Origin: an uncultured Gemmatimonadales bacterium
Lineage (GTDB): Bacteria; Gemmatimonadota; Gemmatimonadetes; Gemmatimonadales; GWC2-71-9
DNA length: 64,000 bases
NCBI GenBank assembly: GCA_963846545.1
Contig: CAWJWG010000001.1
Coordinates: 2,630,515-2,694,514, forward strand
Reading direction: 5' to 3'
Position numbers and translations under genes: made by a program. Shown here one piece after another: positions 44,013-54,350 of this stretch. Every line of letters starts with the position of its first letter. The stretch's first letter is position 1. The notes below the pieces were generated by a model. That model worked only from the letters and a program-made list of their open reading frames with translations, did no database searches and was not told the DNA's origin.

Positions 44013-45241
44013 CAGCCGGTCCCCGCCCCGGTCCGGCCCTCGATCCAGCGGCCGCCCAGCGCGCCCACATATGCCTGGTAGTTGCGCCGCATCTCGCCCA
44101 GCGAGTCTCCGCCGAACTTCTCCAGCATCGCGTCCGCCAGCGCGATCGCGACCATCGCTTCGGCGATCACGCCCAACGCGGGCACCGCGGTCACGTCGGA
44201 CCGCTCACTCTGCGCGTTGGCCGGCTCGCCCGAGGACAGATCCACGGTGGGCAGCGGCGACATCAGCGTGGAGATGGGTTTCATCGCGACCCGGGCCACG
44301 ACCGGTTCGCCGGTGGTGATCCCGCCCTCGAGCCCGCCGGCGTTGTTGGTGCTCCGGTGGAAGCCGCCCCGGCGGTCGCCCTGAACCGGCGGCGTCCCGC
44401 CTCCCTGGCGGATGGCATCGTGGACTTCGGACCCACGCCGGCGGGCGGCTTCGAATCCCATGCCGATCTCCACGCCCTTCACGGCGGGAATGGACATGAG
44501 CAGTCCGGCGAGCCGACCGTCGAGCTTCCGGTCCCAGCTCACGTGGCTCCCGAGCCCGACCACCACGCCGCGGGCGATGACTTCGACCTCGCCGCCGAGG
44601 GTATCGCCCGCCTTCTTCGCCTCGTCGATCCGGCGGACGATCTCGGGCTCGACCGACGAATCCAGGACCCGGATCTCGGACCGATCGGCCGCGTCGTTGA
44701 GCGGCACGGGGAGGTCGGCCGGCCGGGGGGCGACCACGCCGCCGAGGGACACGACATGACTCCCGATCTCCACGCCGAACTCGTCGAGCAGCCGCTTGGC
44801 GAGGGCGCCGGCGGCGACCCGTGCGGCGGTCTCACGGGCGCTGGCGCGCTCCAGGATGTCGCGCGCGTCGAGCCGGTCGTACTTGAGCACGCCGGCGAGG
44901 TCGGCGTGGCCGGGACGTGGCCGGCTGACGCGGCGGCGGCGCAGCTCGCCCGGCTCGGCCGCCTCGTGCGCCATCACGTCCTCCCAGTTGGCCCAGTCGC
45001 GGTTGGCGATCAGCATCGCCACCGGCGAGCCGAGGGTCTCGCCGGCGCGGATGCCCGAGAGCCACTCGATGGCATCACGCTCGATCTTCATGCGCGCGCC
45101 CCGGCCGTAGCCCTGCATCCGGCGGGCGAGGTCCCGGTTCACCGCACCGGCGTCTACCGGAAGTCCGGCGGGAAGGCCTTCGACGATGGTGACGAAGGCC
45201 TTCCCGTGGGACTCGCCGGCGGTGGTGAAGCGAAGGTGCAT
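44012..45241 (-). CDS. aroC: Chorismate synthase
   Basis: TAGESHG, PRPGHAD, RASARET, GGLEGG, ERSD. Confidence 0.97.
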   Translation of the reverse strand: MHLRFTTAGESHGKAFVTIVEGLPAGLPVDAGAVNRDLARRMQGYGRGARMKIERDAIEWLSGIRAGETLGSPVAMLIANRDWANWEDVMAHEAAEPGELRRRRVSRPRPGHADLAGVLKYDRLDARDILERASARETAARVAAGALAKRLLDEFGVEIGSHVVSLGGVVAPRPADLPVPLNDAADRSEIRVLDSSVEPEIVRRIDEAKKAGDTLGGEVEVIARGVVVGLGSHVSWDRKLDGRLAGLLMSIPAVKGVEIGMGFEAARRRGSEVHDAIRQGGGTPPVQGDRRGGFHRSTNNAGGLEGGITTGEPVVARVAMKPISTLMSPLPTVDLSSGEPANAQSERSDVTAVPALGVIAEAMVAIALADAMLEKFGGDSLGEMRRNYQAYVGALGGRWIEGRTGAGTG

Positions 45242-45353
45242 GGCCTCTCGAAGTCTGGCGGACCGAATGCCGGAACGACGGAACGGCGGAAGGATAACCA
45301 TTCCGCCGCTCCGTCGTTCATTCCCCGGTGCCGGGGCCGGTCAGGCTCCCCGG

Positions 45354-47171
45354 TTACTGCTGTTCGGTCATTCCGTCGTCGGTGATGCGCGGCGTCACCA
45401 GGATGATCAGGTCGCGCCGGTTCTCGACTTCCCGAGTGTAGGAGAAGAGCTTGCCCACGATCGGCAGGCCACCGAGCAGCGGGATGCCGCTGCGGTTCTT
45501 GGTGACTTCGGTGACGGTCAGACCACCGATGACCGCGGTCTCGCCGTCGTTCACCAGCAGCTGGTTGTCGGCCTTCTGCTTCTGGAAGACGAAGCCGAGG
45601 TCCGCCGCCGAGAGGGGCTGGATGGCCGACCGCTCGGTGTGCAGCTGCATCAGGATCTGGCGGTTGTTCGTCACGTGCGGGGTGACCGTGAGACGGATAC
45701 CGGTCTCCTTGAACTGCACGGTGGCGCGGGCCGCCTGGCCCTGGCCGCTACCCGACGACGCGTCGATGACGCGGACCGGAGTTTCCTCACCCACGAGGAT
45801 GTCGGCCTGACGGTTGTCGAGGGTCGAGATGACCGGTTCGGCCTGGATGTCGGCCAGCTCGGTGCGCTCGAGCGCGCTCAGGAACGTCGTCAGCGAGAAC
45901 CCACCGATGCTGGTGGAGTAGATCAGGTCCAGGGCCGAGCCGGTGATGCTGGCGTCGGCGTTCCCGATCGCCGAGACGCTGTTGCCGCCCAGGTTGATGA
46001 CGTTGACGTTCCGGTCGTACCCCTTGCCGTCGGCCGGATTGGTGCGCTGCACCAGCTTGTTGAAGAACTGGTTGCGGTCGCCCAGATCGTACTTGATGCC
46101 CAGCTCTTCGATATCCGTCCGGTCCACGAAGATGATCTTGGCCTGGATGGAGAGCTGCGGCGTCCGGATGTCGAGGCCCCGGACGAAGTCCGTCACATTC
46201 GCCACCCGGGTGCGGGTGTCGGTGATGATGAGGCTGTTGGAGCCGGTGTCGGCCACCACGCGGCCGCGGCCCTTGGTCAGGATGCTCTCGACCGTCTTCT
46301 CCAGCGAGCCGGCGTGGGCGTAGTTGATCCGGACGATGCTGGTCTCCAGCGGCTCGAGCGAGTCGAGCGCGGAGAGGACGCCCGGGGCATCCACGCGGAT
46401 GATCCCGCCCGACATCTCCTGGGCGGAGAGACCCTGGCTCGCCAGGACCGCCTGGAATGCCATCGGCCACGGCTGGTTCTTCACCTCGGCCGTGACTTCG
46501 CCCTTGACGTCCTTGCCGATGATGATGGTCCGACCGCTGAAGGCGGCGAACCCGGCGACGACGTCGGCGATGCTGGCGCGGTCCCACGTGACGGTGATCC
46601 GGGGCTCTTCACGGCCGGTCTGGACCGCGACGGCCCGGTGCATCGACGGCTTCGCCGCCGGCGCCTTGACGGCCTCGGGAGCGGGAGCCGGCTCGGGGGC
46701 CACCTCGGCGACGAGCGCCTGGTGGGCCGCGACCGACGTCCAGGCCTGGAAGCCCTGGGACGCGCCGAAGGTGATCTTGATCGACTCGCCCTGACGGGTC
46801 ACTTCATACTGCTTCGGCCCGTTGAGGTCGATCACGATCCGGACGACGTCCGGGCGGAACTGCGAGTAGCGGAGGTTGAGCACGCCGCCGCGCTCCACGC
46901 CGTCGTACACCGCGGGGGCGGTGTCGCTCAGCTTGGCGCCCACGACATCGAGCACCAGCCGGTCGGGCGAGGAGAGCATGAAGTCGCGCACGTCAACCGC
47001 GCCGCGCACGGCGATCATCACTTCCGCCTTCCCGGCGGAAGGCGCCAGGCTGACCGCCGTGACCTCCCCGCTGCCGGGGCCTTCAGCCCAGGCCGGGGCC
47101 GCCGCCGCGAGACTCGCTGCGAGCAGCGAGAGAGCAGTGGCGTTGAGGATCTTGCGATACAATCCGGTCAT
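45354..47171 (-). CDS. pilQ: Type IV pilus secretin with AMIN domains
   Basis: Signal peptide; PDRLVLD; NDGETAVIGG, GIPLLGGLP, ILVTPRI. Confidence 0.93.
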   Translation of the reverse strand: MTGLYRKILNATALSLLAASLAAAAPAWAEGPGSGEVTAVSLAPSAGKAEVMIAVRGAVDVRDFMLSSPDRLVLDVVGAKLSDTAPAVYDGVERGGVLNLRYSQFRPDVVRIVIDLNGPKQYEVTRQGESIKITFGASQGFQAWTSVAAHQALVAEVAPEPAPAPEAVKAPAAKPSMHRAVAVQTGREEPRITVTWDRASIADVVAGFAAFSGRTIIIGKDVKGEVTAEVKNQPWPMAFQAVLASQGLSAQEMSGGIIRVDAPGVLSALDSLEPLETSIVRINYAHAGSLEKTVESILTKGRGRVVADTGSNSLIITDTRTRVANVTDFVRGLDIRTPQLSIQAKIIFVDRTDIEELGIKYDLGDRNQFFNKLVQRTNPADGKGYDRNVNVINLGGNSVSAIGNADASITGSALDLIYSTSIGGFSLTTFLSALERTELADIQAEPVISTLDNRQADILVGEETPVRVIDASSGSGQGQAARATVQFKETGIRLTVTPHVTNNRQILMQLHTERSAIQPLSAADLGFVFQKQKADNQLLVNDGETAVIGGLTVTEVTKNRSGIPLLGGLPIVGKLFSYTREVENRRDLIILVTPRITDDGMTEQQ

Positions 47172-47785
47172 GGCGTCTCGACCTCCTGCTTCCGCAGTGA
47201 GAGTGTTTCCTGGCGTTCGAACCCGAAATCGCGAATAGTGAACACGGCGTCGCGCGGCCGGATCTGTACCAGCCTGGCGCGTCCCAACTGGTCACCGACA
47301 CGCATCTTGTGACGCTTGGCGGTGGCCTTCTCCCGCAGCACGACGACACTGTTGTCGGTGCTGCGCATATCCTGATACACCCCGACGAGATCCAGATCGG
47401 TGATCTCGGGCCCCGTGGCGGAGCTGTTCATCAGCGAGGCGAACGGGTCGCGGGTGCCCCCGGCATACGCGAAGGTCTCGCGCATGACCTCGATCTCACG
47501 GGCCTTCTGAAGCGAATCGGCCAGCGCGGCCTCGGCGACGGTGACGGTGTCGCTGCGCACGCTGTCGGCCGGCGTGGTCGCGGCCAGGGTGGTGCTGGCG
47601 CCCGAGTCGGGCGCCGCGGCCGGCGCGGCCTCGATGGCGGGACGCGTCTGCCGGATGCTGTCGTTGTGAGCTCGCAGAGCGGCCAGCTGCGCCTCGGCAG
47701 CCTGGGCCTCCGCCTCGTCGCCGGACGGCGAGCAGCCGGCCAGCGTGGCGAGCAGGGCGAACCCGAGCAGAGCGTTACGAGCCAC
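47168..47785 (-). CDS. pilP: PilP-like lipoprotein
   Basis: Lipobox LAGC; RDPF motif; position between pilO and pilQ. Confidence 0.7.
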   Translation of the reverse strand: MARNALLGFALLATLAGCSPSGDEAEAQAAEAQLAALRAHNDSIRQTRPAIEAAPAAAPDSGASTTLAATTPADSVRSDTVTVAEAALADSLQKAREIEVMRETFAYAGGTRDPFASLMNSSATGPEITDLDLVGVYQDMRSTDNSVVVLREKATAKRHKMRVGDQLGRARLVQIRPRDAVFTIRDFGFERQETLSLRKQEVETP

Positions 47786-48404
47786 TGGCCTGTCCCTCCG
47801 GTGTAGAAGACTTGACGAACGTACGGACCTGGAACTTCGCCTCGAGCAGCGAGCCCGTCGTGTCGCCGAGGGCCTTGGCGGAGCTCATGTTCGCCTGGTC
47901 GAGCGTCAGGTCGTAGGGCACGATGATCCGCTGCAGGCTCGCCACGTCGGCGAGGAACTGGCCGATCTGATCGTAGCGGCCGATGACCGACATGTTGTAC
48001 TTGTACGTATCGAACGGCGCAGGACCCGTCTCCACCGGCATCGGTACCACCTGCGACAGCGTGACGCCGCGGATCTTGCCCCGGCTCGAGATGTCGTCGA
48101 GCAGGTTGGGCACCTCGTTCCGCTCGGGCACCAGGCGGCGCAGCAGCGCGAGGCTGCCGCGATAGGTGTCCAGCCGCTTGCGGAGATCTTCCACCGTGCC
48201 GCGCGCCAGCTCGCGCTTGGCGCTGTCGGTGGCCGCTTCGAGCTGCGCGATCGTGTCGCGCATGGCCACCACACGCACCTCGCGCTGGTTGAGTCCGCTC
48301 AGGCCGGCGCTCTCGATGACGGTGCCGGTGTACGCGATGTACCCGGTAATGGCGGCGAGCAGCATCACCAGCACCGGCGTGGACTTCTGCGTAGACAGGG
48401 CCAT
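47775..48404 (-). CDS. pilO: Type IV pilus assembly protein PilO
   Basis: TM, coiled coil, EVPNLLDDI, GRYDQIGQF. Confidence 0.9.
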   Translation of the reverse strand: MALSTQKSTPVLVMLLAAITGYIAYTGTVIESAGLSGLNQREVRVVAMRDTIAQLEAATDSAKRELARGTVEDLRKRLDTYRGSLALLRRLVPERNEVPNLLDDISSRGKIRGVTLSQVVPMPVETGPAPFDTYKYNMSVIGRYDQIGQFLADVASLQRIIVPYDLTLDQANMSSAKALGDTTGSLLEAKFQVRTFVKSSTPEGQASGS

Positions 48405-48409
48405 GGCGA

Positions 48410-49132
48410 CTACCTCACCGACTCGCTGAGGGGAACCGTCCGGATGTACGCCGAATCCGCCTGGCGGTACGTTGCCCGGATGGTGAATGCGGTCACCGGA
48501 CGCTCCTTCTCGACCACCGTCTGCGCCGAGACCGGCGTGACTTCGGTGATCCAGGGCGAGGCCTCGAGCTGCCGGAGGAACCGGGTGTACGCTTGGATGT
48601 CCACCGTGCGACCGTTCACGTTGAAGACCACCGGTGGGCTGACGAACGGCGCGGCCGCGGTGGTGTCCTTCTTCGCGTCGGCGGCGGGGGCCACCTGGGT
48701 CACCGGCGCCACGGCCGGAGCGGCGTGCCCCATGTCCACCAGCCAGGTGTAGGCCGGTAGCGCCTTGGTGACTTCATCCAGCAGGTGCGGCCACACGTAG
48801 CGGTCGCCATCCACGGTGCGGATGACGCCGATCTGGGCCACCAGCGAGTCGCGGATCGTTTCCTGGTGACGCTTCTCGACCAGGAACGCCTTGAAGCGCT
48901 TGTGCTCGACCCGCGCCTGCTCGAGCTTCGGCTCGAGGGCGTTCAGCTCGCGCGTGGTACCCACCACGATGTAGCCGAGCCACCCGATCACGCCCACCCA
49001 GGCCGCGACCGAAGCGAGCAGCAGAGGGTCCTTCACTTTGGTGCCTACGCCGCGCACGCTTTCCATCACGCCCTGGAGAGGCGACCGCGCCCGCTTGCGC
49101 TTGAGGTCCGGACGAAGATTGACGGTGATCAT
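48410..49132 (-). CDS. pilN: Type IV pilus assembly protein PilN
   Basis: N-terminal VNL motif, TM, WPHLLDEV...LPAYTWL. Confidence 0.88.
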   Translation of the reverse strand: MITVNLRPDLKRKRARSPLQGVMESVRGVGTKVKDPLLLASVAAWVGVIGWLGYIVVGTTRELNALEPKLEQARVEHKRFKAFLVEKRHQETIRDSLVAQIGVIRTVDGDRYVWPHLLDEVTKALPAYTWLVDMGHAAPAVAPVTQVAPAADAKKDTTAAAPFVSPPVVFNVNGRTVDIQAYTRFLRQLEASPWITEVTPVSAQTVVEKERPVTAFTIRATYRQADSAYIRTVPLSESVR

Positions 49133-49157
49133 CGGGAGTCGGGTCCGTTGGTCAGGG

Positions 49158-50201
49158 TCACGCCGCGCTGCGAAGCGCGAGGCCGATCGGGAGCATCAGC
49201 AAGGGCGCCACTTCGTCCACCGGCATGGTGTCGAAGACGCCGTCCGCCACCTGCAGCTTCTCGATCGGATTGGCGAGCTGCACGGGAATCCGGAGGCGAT
49301 CGGAGAGCACCTTGTTCAGGCGGGGGATCCGGGCGCCGCCACCGGTGGTGAAGATCCGCGAGATTCCGCCGGCCGAACGGCTGGCCGACTGGAGGAACGC
49401 GGCCGCCCGCTCGATACCGACCGCGAGCTCTTCGCCCCGGCCCTCGAGCAGCGGATCGAGCGCATCGCTCGAGGTGGTGCCGCGCAGCAGGCGATCGGCG
49501 TCGTCCGCGGAGAGACCGCGCTCACGCTGCAGGTCTTCCTTGAACCGGCGCGTGCCGATCGGGATGTCGCGCGTGAGGACCGGAATCCCGTCATCGAGGA
49601 TGTTGATGTTGGTGGTCTCGTGCCCGATGTTCACCAGGCCGACCACACCGACCATCGCCTCGGGGTAGTTGATCTCGAACGCGTTGTGGAGCGCGAAGGC
49701 GTCCACGTCGATCACGCTGGCATCCAGCCCGACGTCGGACAGCAGGGCGACCTTGTGCTCGACCAGCTCGCGCTTGGCGGCGACCAGGAGCACCGTCATC
49801 TGCTGCCCATCGCTCTCGGGATCCAGGATCTGGAAGTCGAGCTCGACGTTGTCCATGTCGAACGGCACGTGCTGCTCCGCTTCCCAGCGGATCACCTCGC
49901 GCGCCTCGGCCTCCTTCATCCGATCCATGCTGATCTTCTTGATGATCACGTCGCGGCCACCCACCGCGGTCACGACCTTCTTCGCCTTGATGCCGGCGGA
50001 CGCCATGAGGTTCTTGATGGCCTCGGCGACGATGCCGGGGTCCATGACTTCGCCTTCGACGATGGCATCGTTGACCACCGAGGTGAACGCCACCTTGGTC
50101 AACACCGGCCCGCCCGAGGCATGCGAGATGGCGACGAGCTTGATCAGGCCGCTCCCGATATCGAGACCGACCGTCGTCGTGTTGCGCCCGAAGAGTCCCA
50201 T
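49158..50201 (-). CDS. pilM: Type IV pilus assembly protein PilM
   Basis: VGLDIGS, EAEQHVPF, TGGGA, IGLALR. Confidence 0.95.
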   Translation of the reverse strand: MGLFGRNTTTVGLDIGSGLIKLVAISHASGGPVLTKVAFTSVVNDAIVEGEVMDPGIVAEAIKNLMASAGIKAKKVVTAVGGRDVIIKKISMDRMKEAEAREVIRWEAEQHVPFDMDNVELDFQILDPESDGQQMTVLLVAAKRELVEHKVALLSDVGLDASVIDVDAFALHNAFEINYPEAMVGVVGLVNIGHETTNINILDDGIPVLTRDIPIGTRRFKEDLQRERGLSADDADRLLRGTTSSDALDPLLEGRGEELAVGIERAAAFLQSASRSAGGISRIFTTGGGARIPRLNKVLSDRLRIPVQLANPIEKLQVADGVFDTMPVDEVAPLLMLPIGLALRSAA

Positions 50202-50259
50202 AGTGTCCGCTTGTTGAAGGGCCGAAGCCGAGGCGTGAGTGTAGCCTGCCTAGATGAGG

Positions 50260-50274
50260 GCAACCGATGTGCCA
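50260..50274 (-). promoter_or_regulatory. Sigma54 -24/-12 promoter of pilMNOPQ
   Basis: TGGCAC-ATCGG-TTGC, exact consensus, about 60 nt upstream of pilM. Confidence 0.8.
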
Positions 50275-50441
50275 CACAAATTGCAGCCCGGTAAGTGGAT
50301 GGGATCATGCCGGTTAAGTCCCGCGCCCCCGGGGCGCTGCAACCCCTGTAGCGCCTACTGCCTGCTCTTTCGCAAGCCGTCTCTCGGGATGCAGCACCTC
50401 GCCGCAGCCTCCGGCCGCCTGCACCCCCCCTCCCCGACCCC

Positions 50442-50888
50442 TCAGAAGGCGGGGACCCACCCGCGCATGAGGGGCACCACGGCCCCGGAATCGGCGCTAT
50501 CGGCGAGGCGGACCACGAGCTCCACCTGGCGGGTGGCGAGCGCCAAGCCATCCGCGTCGCGACGGAATCCGGTGACACCGATCCGGTAGAGCCGCTCGTT
50601 GAGCCGAAGGACGACGGCCTCGTACTCCGTTCGGTCCGGCAGCGACGCGCCCGGCAGCGTGAGGGCCACGCCCGGCGCGAGCGCCTCGAGCCCGAGTCCG
50701 CTCCACCCGCTCACGACGGATCCGATCCCCACGTCCGCCGCGCCCGCGGCCTGCGCCGCGTACATCGCGTTCCGACCCATCCGCAGCTCCAGCCGGGCCG
50801 AGGCGAACACAGCCACGATGAGCGCGGCCACCACGACCAGCGCGAGCATCGCAAGCGGCAACGCCATCCCCCGTCGATCCCCGCTCAC
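50442..50888 (-). CDS. PilX-like minor pilin
   Basis: RRG-MALPLAMLALVVV, AAQAAGAADVG; GTGA overlap. Confidence 0.75.
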   Translation of the reverse strand: MSGDRRGMALPLAMLALVVVAALIVAVFASARLELRMGRNAMYAAQAAGAADVGIGSVVSGWSGLGLEALAPGVALTLPGASLPDRTEYEAVVLRLNERLYRIGVTGFRRDADGLALATRQVELVVRLADSADSGAVVPLMRGWVPAF

Positions 50889-51772
50889 CGGAGCACCGTG
50901 TTGCGCAGCGCGACCCGACTCGCGAGCGCGAAGGTATCCACCCGCACCGGCGCGTCCGTCACGCCCACGACGCGGATCTCGATCTCGCGCACCAGGGCGG
51001 GATCGGCCGTGATCTCCCCGGCCATGTCCCGGTAGGTGAGCGTGAGTCCGCGTACCGTGGCGGTGCTGTCGGCCAGCGGCCCGGCCACCGGTGTGATCGC
51101 CTCTCCGGTGCTGATCGAGCGCATGCCGAACCACGACGCACCGCCCGAGCCGTAGTACCGCATCTGCATCACCTCGGCGAGGCGCACCGGGGCGCCGGGC
51201 ACCAGCCGCGGGAGCAGGACGGCGAGATCGAGCGGCGGCGGCGGCGCCACCCGCACGATCAGCGCTGCCGAACCGTCGGGACACGAGCCCGCCGCCACAC
51301 CGCCGACGCCGAAGTGGATCCAGACATCGTCCGCGGCGGTGGCGGGATCGCCCTCGAGGTACACAAGCAGCGAGTCCGTGGTGCGAGGGGCGCGTGCCGC
51401 CCGCCACGTTGAGGCCGCGAGGTGGATCTCGGCCGGCGCGAGCGACGCTCCGCACGCGAGGCCCGCTCCGCGAACCGCCCGGTAGGTGACCGCCCCCGGC
51501 GCGATCGCGACCAGGTCGCTGCTGATCCCGGCTGGCAATCCCGTCGCCGCGGCTGCCTCCGGCGTGATCTCCTCGCGAGCGATGCCACCGAGCTCACCCG
51601 CGAGCACCAGCCCGACGGTGCGCACGTTGTCCTGTACCGCCATGCGCTCGAATTGCTCGCGGGTGATCCGGAGCCCGCCCGCCAGCAGGCGGTGCACCGC
51701 TGCCCCAACTACGAGGGAAAGCACCAGCGCCACCAGCAGCTCCAGCAGGGTGAACCCGCGCATGGTCTTCAC
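50885..51772 (-). CDS. PilW-like minor pilin
   Basis: RG-FTLLELLVAL; C-terminal VALRN. Confidence 0.82.
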   Translation of the reverse strand: MKTMRGFTLLELLVALVLSLVVGAAVHRLLAGGLRITREQFERMAVQDNVRTVGLVLAGELGGIAREEITPEAAAATGLPAGISSDLVAIAPGAVTYRAVRGAGLACGASLAPAEIHLAASTWRAARAPRTTDSLLVYLEGDPATAADDVWIHFGVGGVAAGSCPDGSAALIVRVAPPPPLDLAVLLPRLVPGAPVRLAEVMQMRYYGSGGASWFGMRSISTGEAITPVAGPLADSTATVRGLTLTYRDMAGEITADPALVREIEIRVVGVTDAPVRVDTFALASRVALRNTVLR

Positions 51773-52149
51773 GGAGCCCCGCAGAGCACCGCCGTGACGA
51801 CGGTATCGTCGGACCATCCGGCGGCGGTTCGGCTGCGGAGAACGACGTCGGCGCGGCGCGCCGGTCCGGCGGCGTCGAGGATGCGCCATTCCTCGGTGAG
51901 TCCGTGTGTCGCGGCACTCCCACCACCCCACTCGGGACCACCGCACGCGGGGACCGAACTCGCCGCGACCCGGTGCAGCCAGTCCACCCGCGACACCGCG
52001 GCGGACGCCGCGACGGTTTCATGACGACCGCGGCCGATCATGCGAGCCGCCTGTGCCCACGATCCCGCCAGGGCGAGGAGGCCGACCGCCAGCACCACGA
52101 CCGCCACCATGACCTCAGCGACGGTGAATCCTCGACGACTCGCGCACAT
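51769..52149 (-). CDS. PilV-like minor pilin
   Basis: RRG-FTVAEVMVAVVVLAVGLL. Confidence 0.82.
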   Translation of the reverse strand: MCASRRGFTVAEVMVAVVVLAVGLLALAGSWAQAARMIGRGRHETVAASAAVSRVDWLHRVAASSVPACGGPEWGGGSAATHGLTEEWRILDAAGPARRADVVLRSRTAAGWSDDTVVTAVLCGAP

Positions 52150-52268
52150 GCCGATGCTCCCCCTCCGAAGGGGAGCAGTCTACGGCCGCTTCTCGGCGCT
52201 CAGCGTATCGATATGGGCAGGACGGGGGCCTGGTACCGCCGCGCGTGAGGCGGGGCGGTACAGGGGAC

Positions 52269-53642
52269 TCAGGTGTGAACCGGCAACCGCCGCATCTTGT
52301 AGAACAGCGTGCGCAGGCTGATGCCGAGCAGCGATGCGGCCTGACGGCGGTTGCCGCCCGACGCTTCGAGCGCGCGCAGGATGGCCTGGCGCTCGACCGC
52401 TTCGACCTGGGACTTGAGGTCGAGACCGGTGGGCACGGCGCCGTTGTTATGACCGTTGCCGTTCCCATTGCTGTTTCCGTTGCCGTGCCGGCTCACGCCG
52501 AAGTCCTTCACGTCGAGCGGCCCGTCACCCGCCAGCGCGGCGGCGCGATCCACCGCGTGCCGCAGCTCGCGGACGTTGCCGGGCCACGAGTGGTGACTCA
52601 GCGCGGCCAGCGCGCCCGGCGTGACGCTCACCGGGTGGCCGAGGCGGTGGGCCGCCTGGCCGGCGAAATGGGTGAGCAGCGCCGGAATGTCCTCCGGCCG
52701 CTCGCGGAGCGGCGGCAGGTGGATCCGGACGGCATTCAGCTTCTGGAACAGGTCCGCGCGGAACTCGCCCCGCGCGACCGCGTCCTCGAGGGAGCGGGAG
52801 GACGCCGCGATCACGCGCACATCGACGGGGCGGCTGTCATGGCCACCGGTCCGGGCGACGGTACCGTCTTCGAGCACGCGAACCAGTGTGGCTTGCAGCG
52901 CGGGCGGCAGCGCGCCGATCTCGTCGAGGAACAGCGTGCCCTGGTGTGCCAGCTCGAAGAGCCCGGCATGGTCGCTGGAGGCGCTCGGCGCGTTACCGGC
53001 CACGTGACCGAACAGCTCCGACTCCAGCAGGTGCGAGGGCACCGCGCCGCAGTCGAGCGCCGTGAAGCTCTGCTCGCTTCGCGGGCTCATCCGATGGATG
53101 GCGCGGGCGAAGGCTTCCTTCCCGGTGCCGGTTTCGCCGGTCAGCAGGACCGGTGTATGGTGGCGGGCGATTCGGCTGGCCATCTCGACGCTGTCGCGCA
53201 TGATCCGGCTCTCACAGACGAGGAGGTCGTGCGTCGTCCCGGCGCCGACGCTCGAGCGCAGAGCCTCGACCTCGCGGCGCAGTTTGTCGTGCTCTTCCGC
53301 TTTGCGGATCATCATGGTCACCTCGTCCACACGGACCGGCTTCTGGACCCAGTCATAGGCACCCTCACGCAGGGCCGCGATCGCGCCTTCCTCGTTGCCC
53401 ACGCCGCTCAGCATGATCAGCGGGGCGGATCCGCCCTCGGCGCGATAGCGCCGGAGGAACGTCACGCCGTCGATGCCGGGCATCCGAACATTGCACAGAA
53501 TCAGACCGTAGTCGCCCGCGGCGGCACGCTGGAGGGCGCGTTCGGCGTCGGCTTCGATCGAGACCTGGTGGCCGGTCTCCTCGAGCGTCTGCCCGAGAGA
53601 ACGGCGGATATCGGCGTCGTCGTCAACGATCAGCACATGCAT
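52269..53642 (-). CDS. Degenerate NtrC/PilR-like regulator (REC-AAA-HTH)
   Basis: [22 protein letters not shown], Fis HTH; GAFTGA and phospho-Asp missing. Confidence 0.9.
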   Translation of the reverse strand: MHVLIVDDDADIRRSLGQTLEETGHQVSIEADAERALQRAAAGDYGLILCNVRMPGIDGVTFLRRYRAEGGSAPLIMLSGVGNEEGAIAALREGAYDWVQKPVRVDEVTMMIRKAEEHDKLRREVEALRSSVGAGTTHDLLVCESRIMRDSVEMASRIARHHTPVLLTGETGTGKEAFARAIHRMSPRSEQSFTALDCGAVPSHLLESELFGHVAGNAPSASSDHAGLFELAHQGTLFLDEIGALPPALQATLVRVLEDGTVARTGGHDSRPVDVRVIAASSRSLEDAVARGEFRADLFQKLNAVRIHLPPLRERPEDIPALLTHFAGQAAHRLGHPVSVTPGALAALSHHSWPGNVRELRHAVDRAAALAGDGPLDVKDFGVSRHGNGNSNGNGNGHNNGAVPTGLDLKSQVEAVERQAILRALEASGGNRRQAASLLGISLRTLFYKMRRLPVHT

Positions 53643-53831
53643 CGATCATCACCCGCGAAAAGGCAGGGGGACTCACTACCGCGCTCTACCCGGAAAACTG
53701 CGGACTGCATCGCGGCGACCGGCCACCCAAAGGGGCTCAGACGCCGCAACCGCCCGCGCGGGATGCGCTTGGCCGGCTCCAGCGAGGAGCCGCACGGTCC
53801 TCTAACGCAAAGGACGGACCGAAGCCGCGAA

Positions 53832-54227
53832 TCACGTGCAGGCGACTGCAGCGTCGACCTTGGCCGGTGGAATGGCCGGGACGGTCCCGTAGAAGATGGC
53901 GCACGTCTGCGCCGTGAGTCCGGGCGCGGTCGCGTTGGCCGACCAACCAGCCGGAGTGGCGTCCACGATCGTGACCGTCACGCCCTGCGAGGGCTGGTAG
54001 GCGAAGTTCGGAAGGTCGGGGATCACGGCGCCGTAGTACGTCTGGTTGGCGTTCCAGTACGTCTCCTGAGCGCCGGCCAGATTTCGCAGGTCAGAGCGCA
54101 TCGACGCCACGATCGCCTTCTCCTTCGTGTTCCCGAACTTGGGGATCGCGATCGCGGCCAGGATGCCGATGATCACGACGACGATCAACAGTTCGATGAG
54201 CGTAAAGCCCTGCCGATTCCGGCGCAT
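53832..54227 (-). CDS. Type IV pilin, second copy
   Basis: QG-FTLIELLIVVVIIGILAAIAIPKF; C-terminal Cys pair. Confidence 0.92.
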   Translation of the reverse strand: MRRNRQGFTLIELLIVVVIIGILAAIAIPKFGNTKEKAIVASMRSDLRNLAGAQETYWNANQTYYGAVIPDLPNFAYQPSQGVTVTIVDATPAGWSANATAPGLTAQTCAIFYGTVPAIPPAKVDAAVACT

Positions 54228-54287
54228 TGCTGCCTCCGCGCTGTCCTGCGATGCCCTGTCGGGCGATGAAGTAGGGAGCTGGATCTC

Positions 54288-54317
54288 AAGAAAAGGGGCG
54301 GCAGTTGCCCGCCGCCC
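54288..54317 (-). terminator. Intrinsic terminator after first pilin
   Basis: GGGCGGC-8 nt-GCCGCCC followed by CTTTTCTT. Confidence 0.75.
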
Positions 54318-54350
54318 GCTCTTCCTCACTTGCACTGCGGACTGCTGGGC

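Noticed and set aside
53650-53830. Possible c-di-GMP riboswitch near pilins
   Set aside because: Core motifs not found in the right order or strand
53697-54345. 12-bp direct repeat ACTGCGGACTGC downstream of each pilin
   Set aside because: Short, at unequal distances; at most a duplication relic
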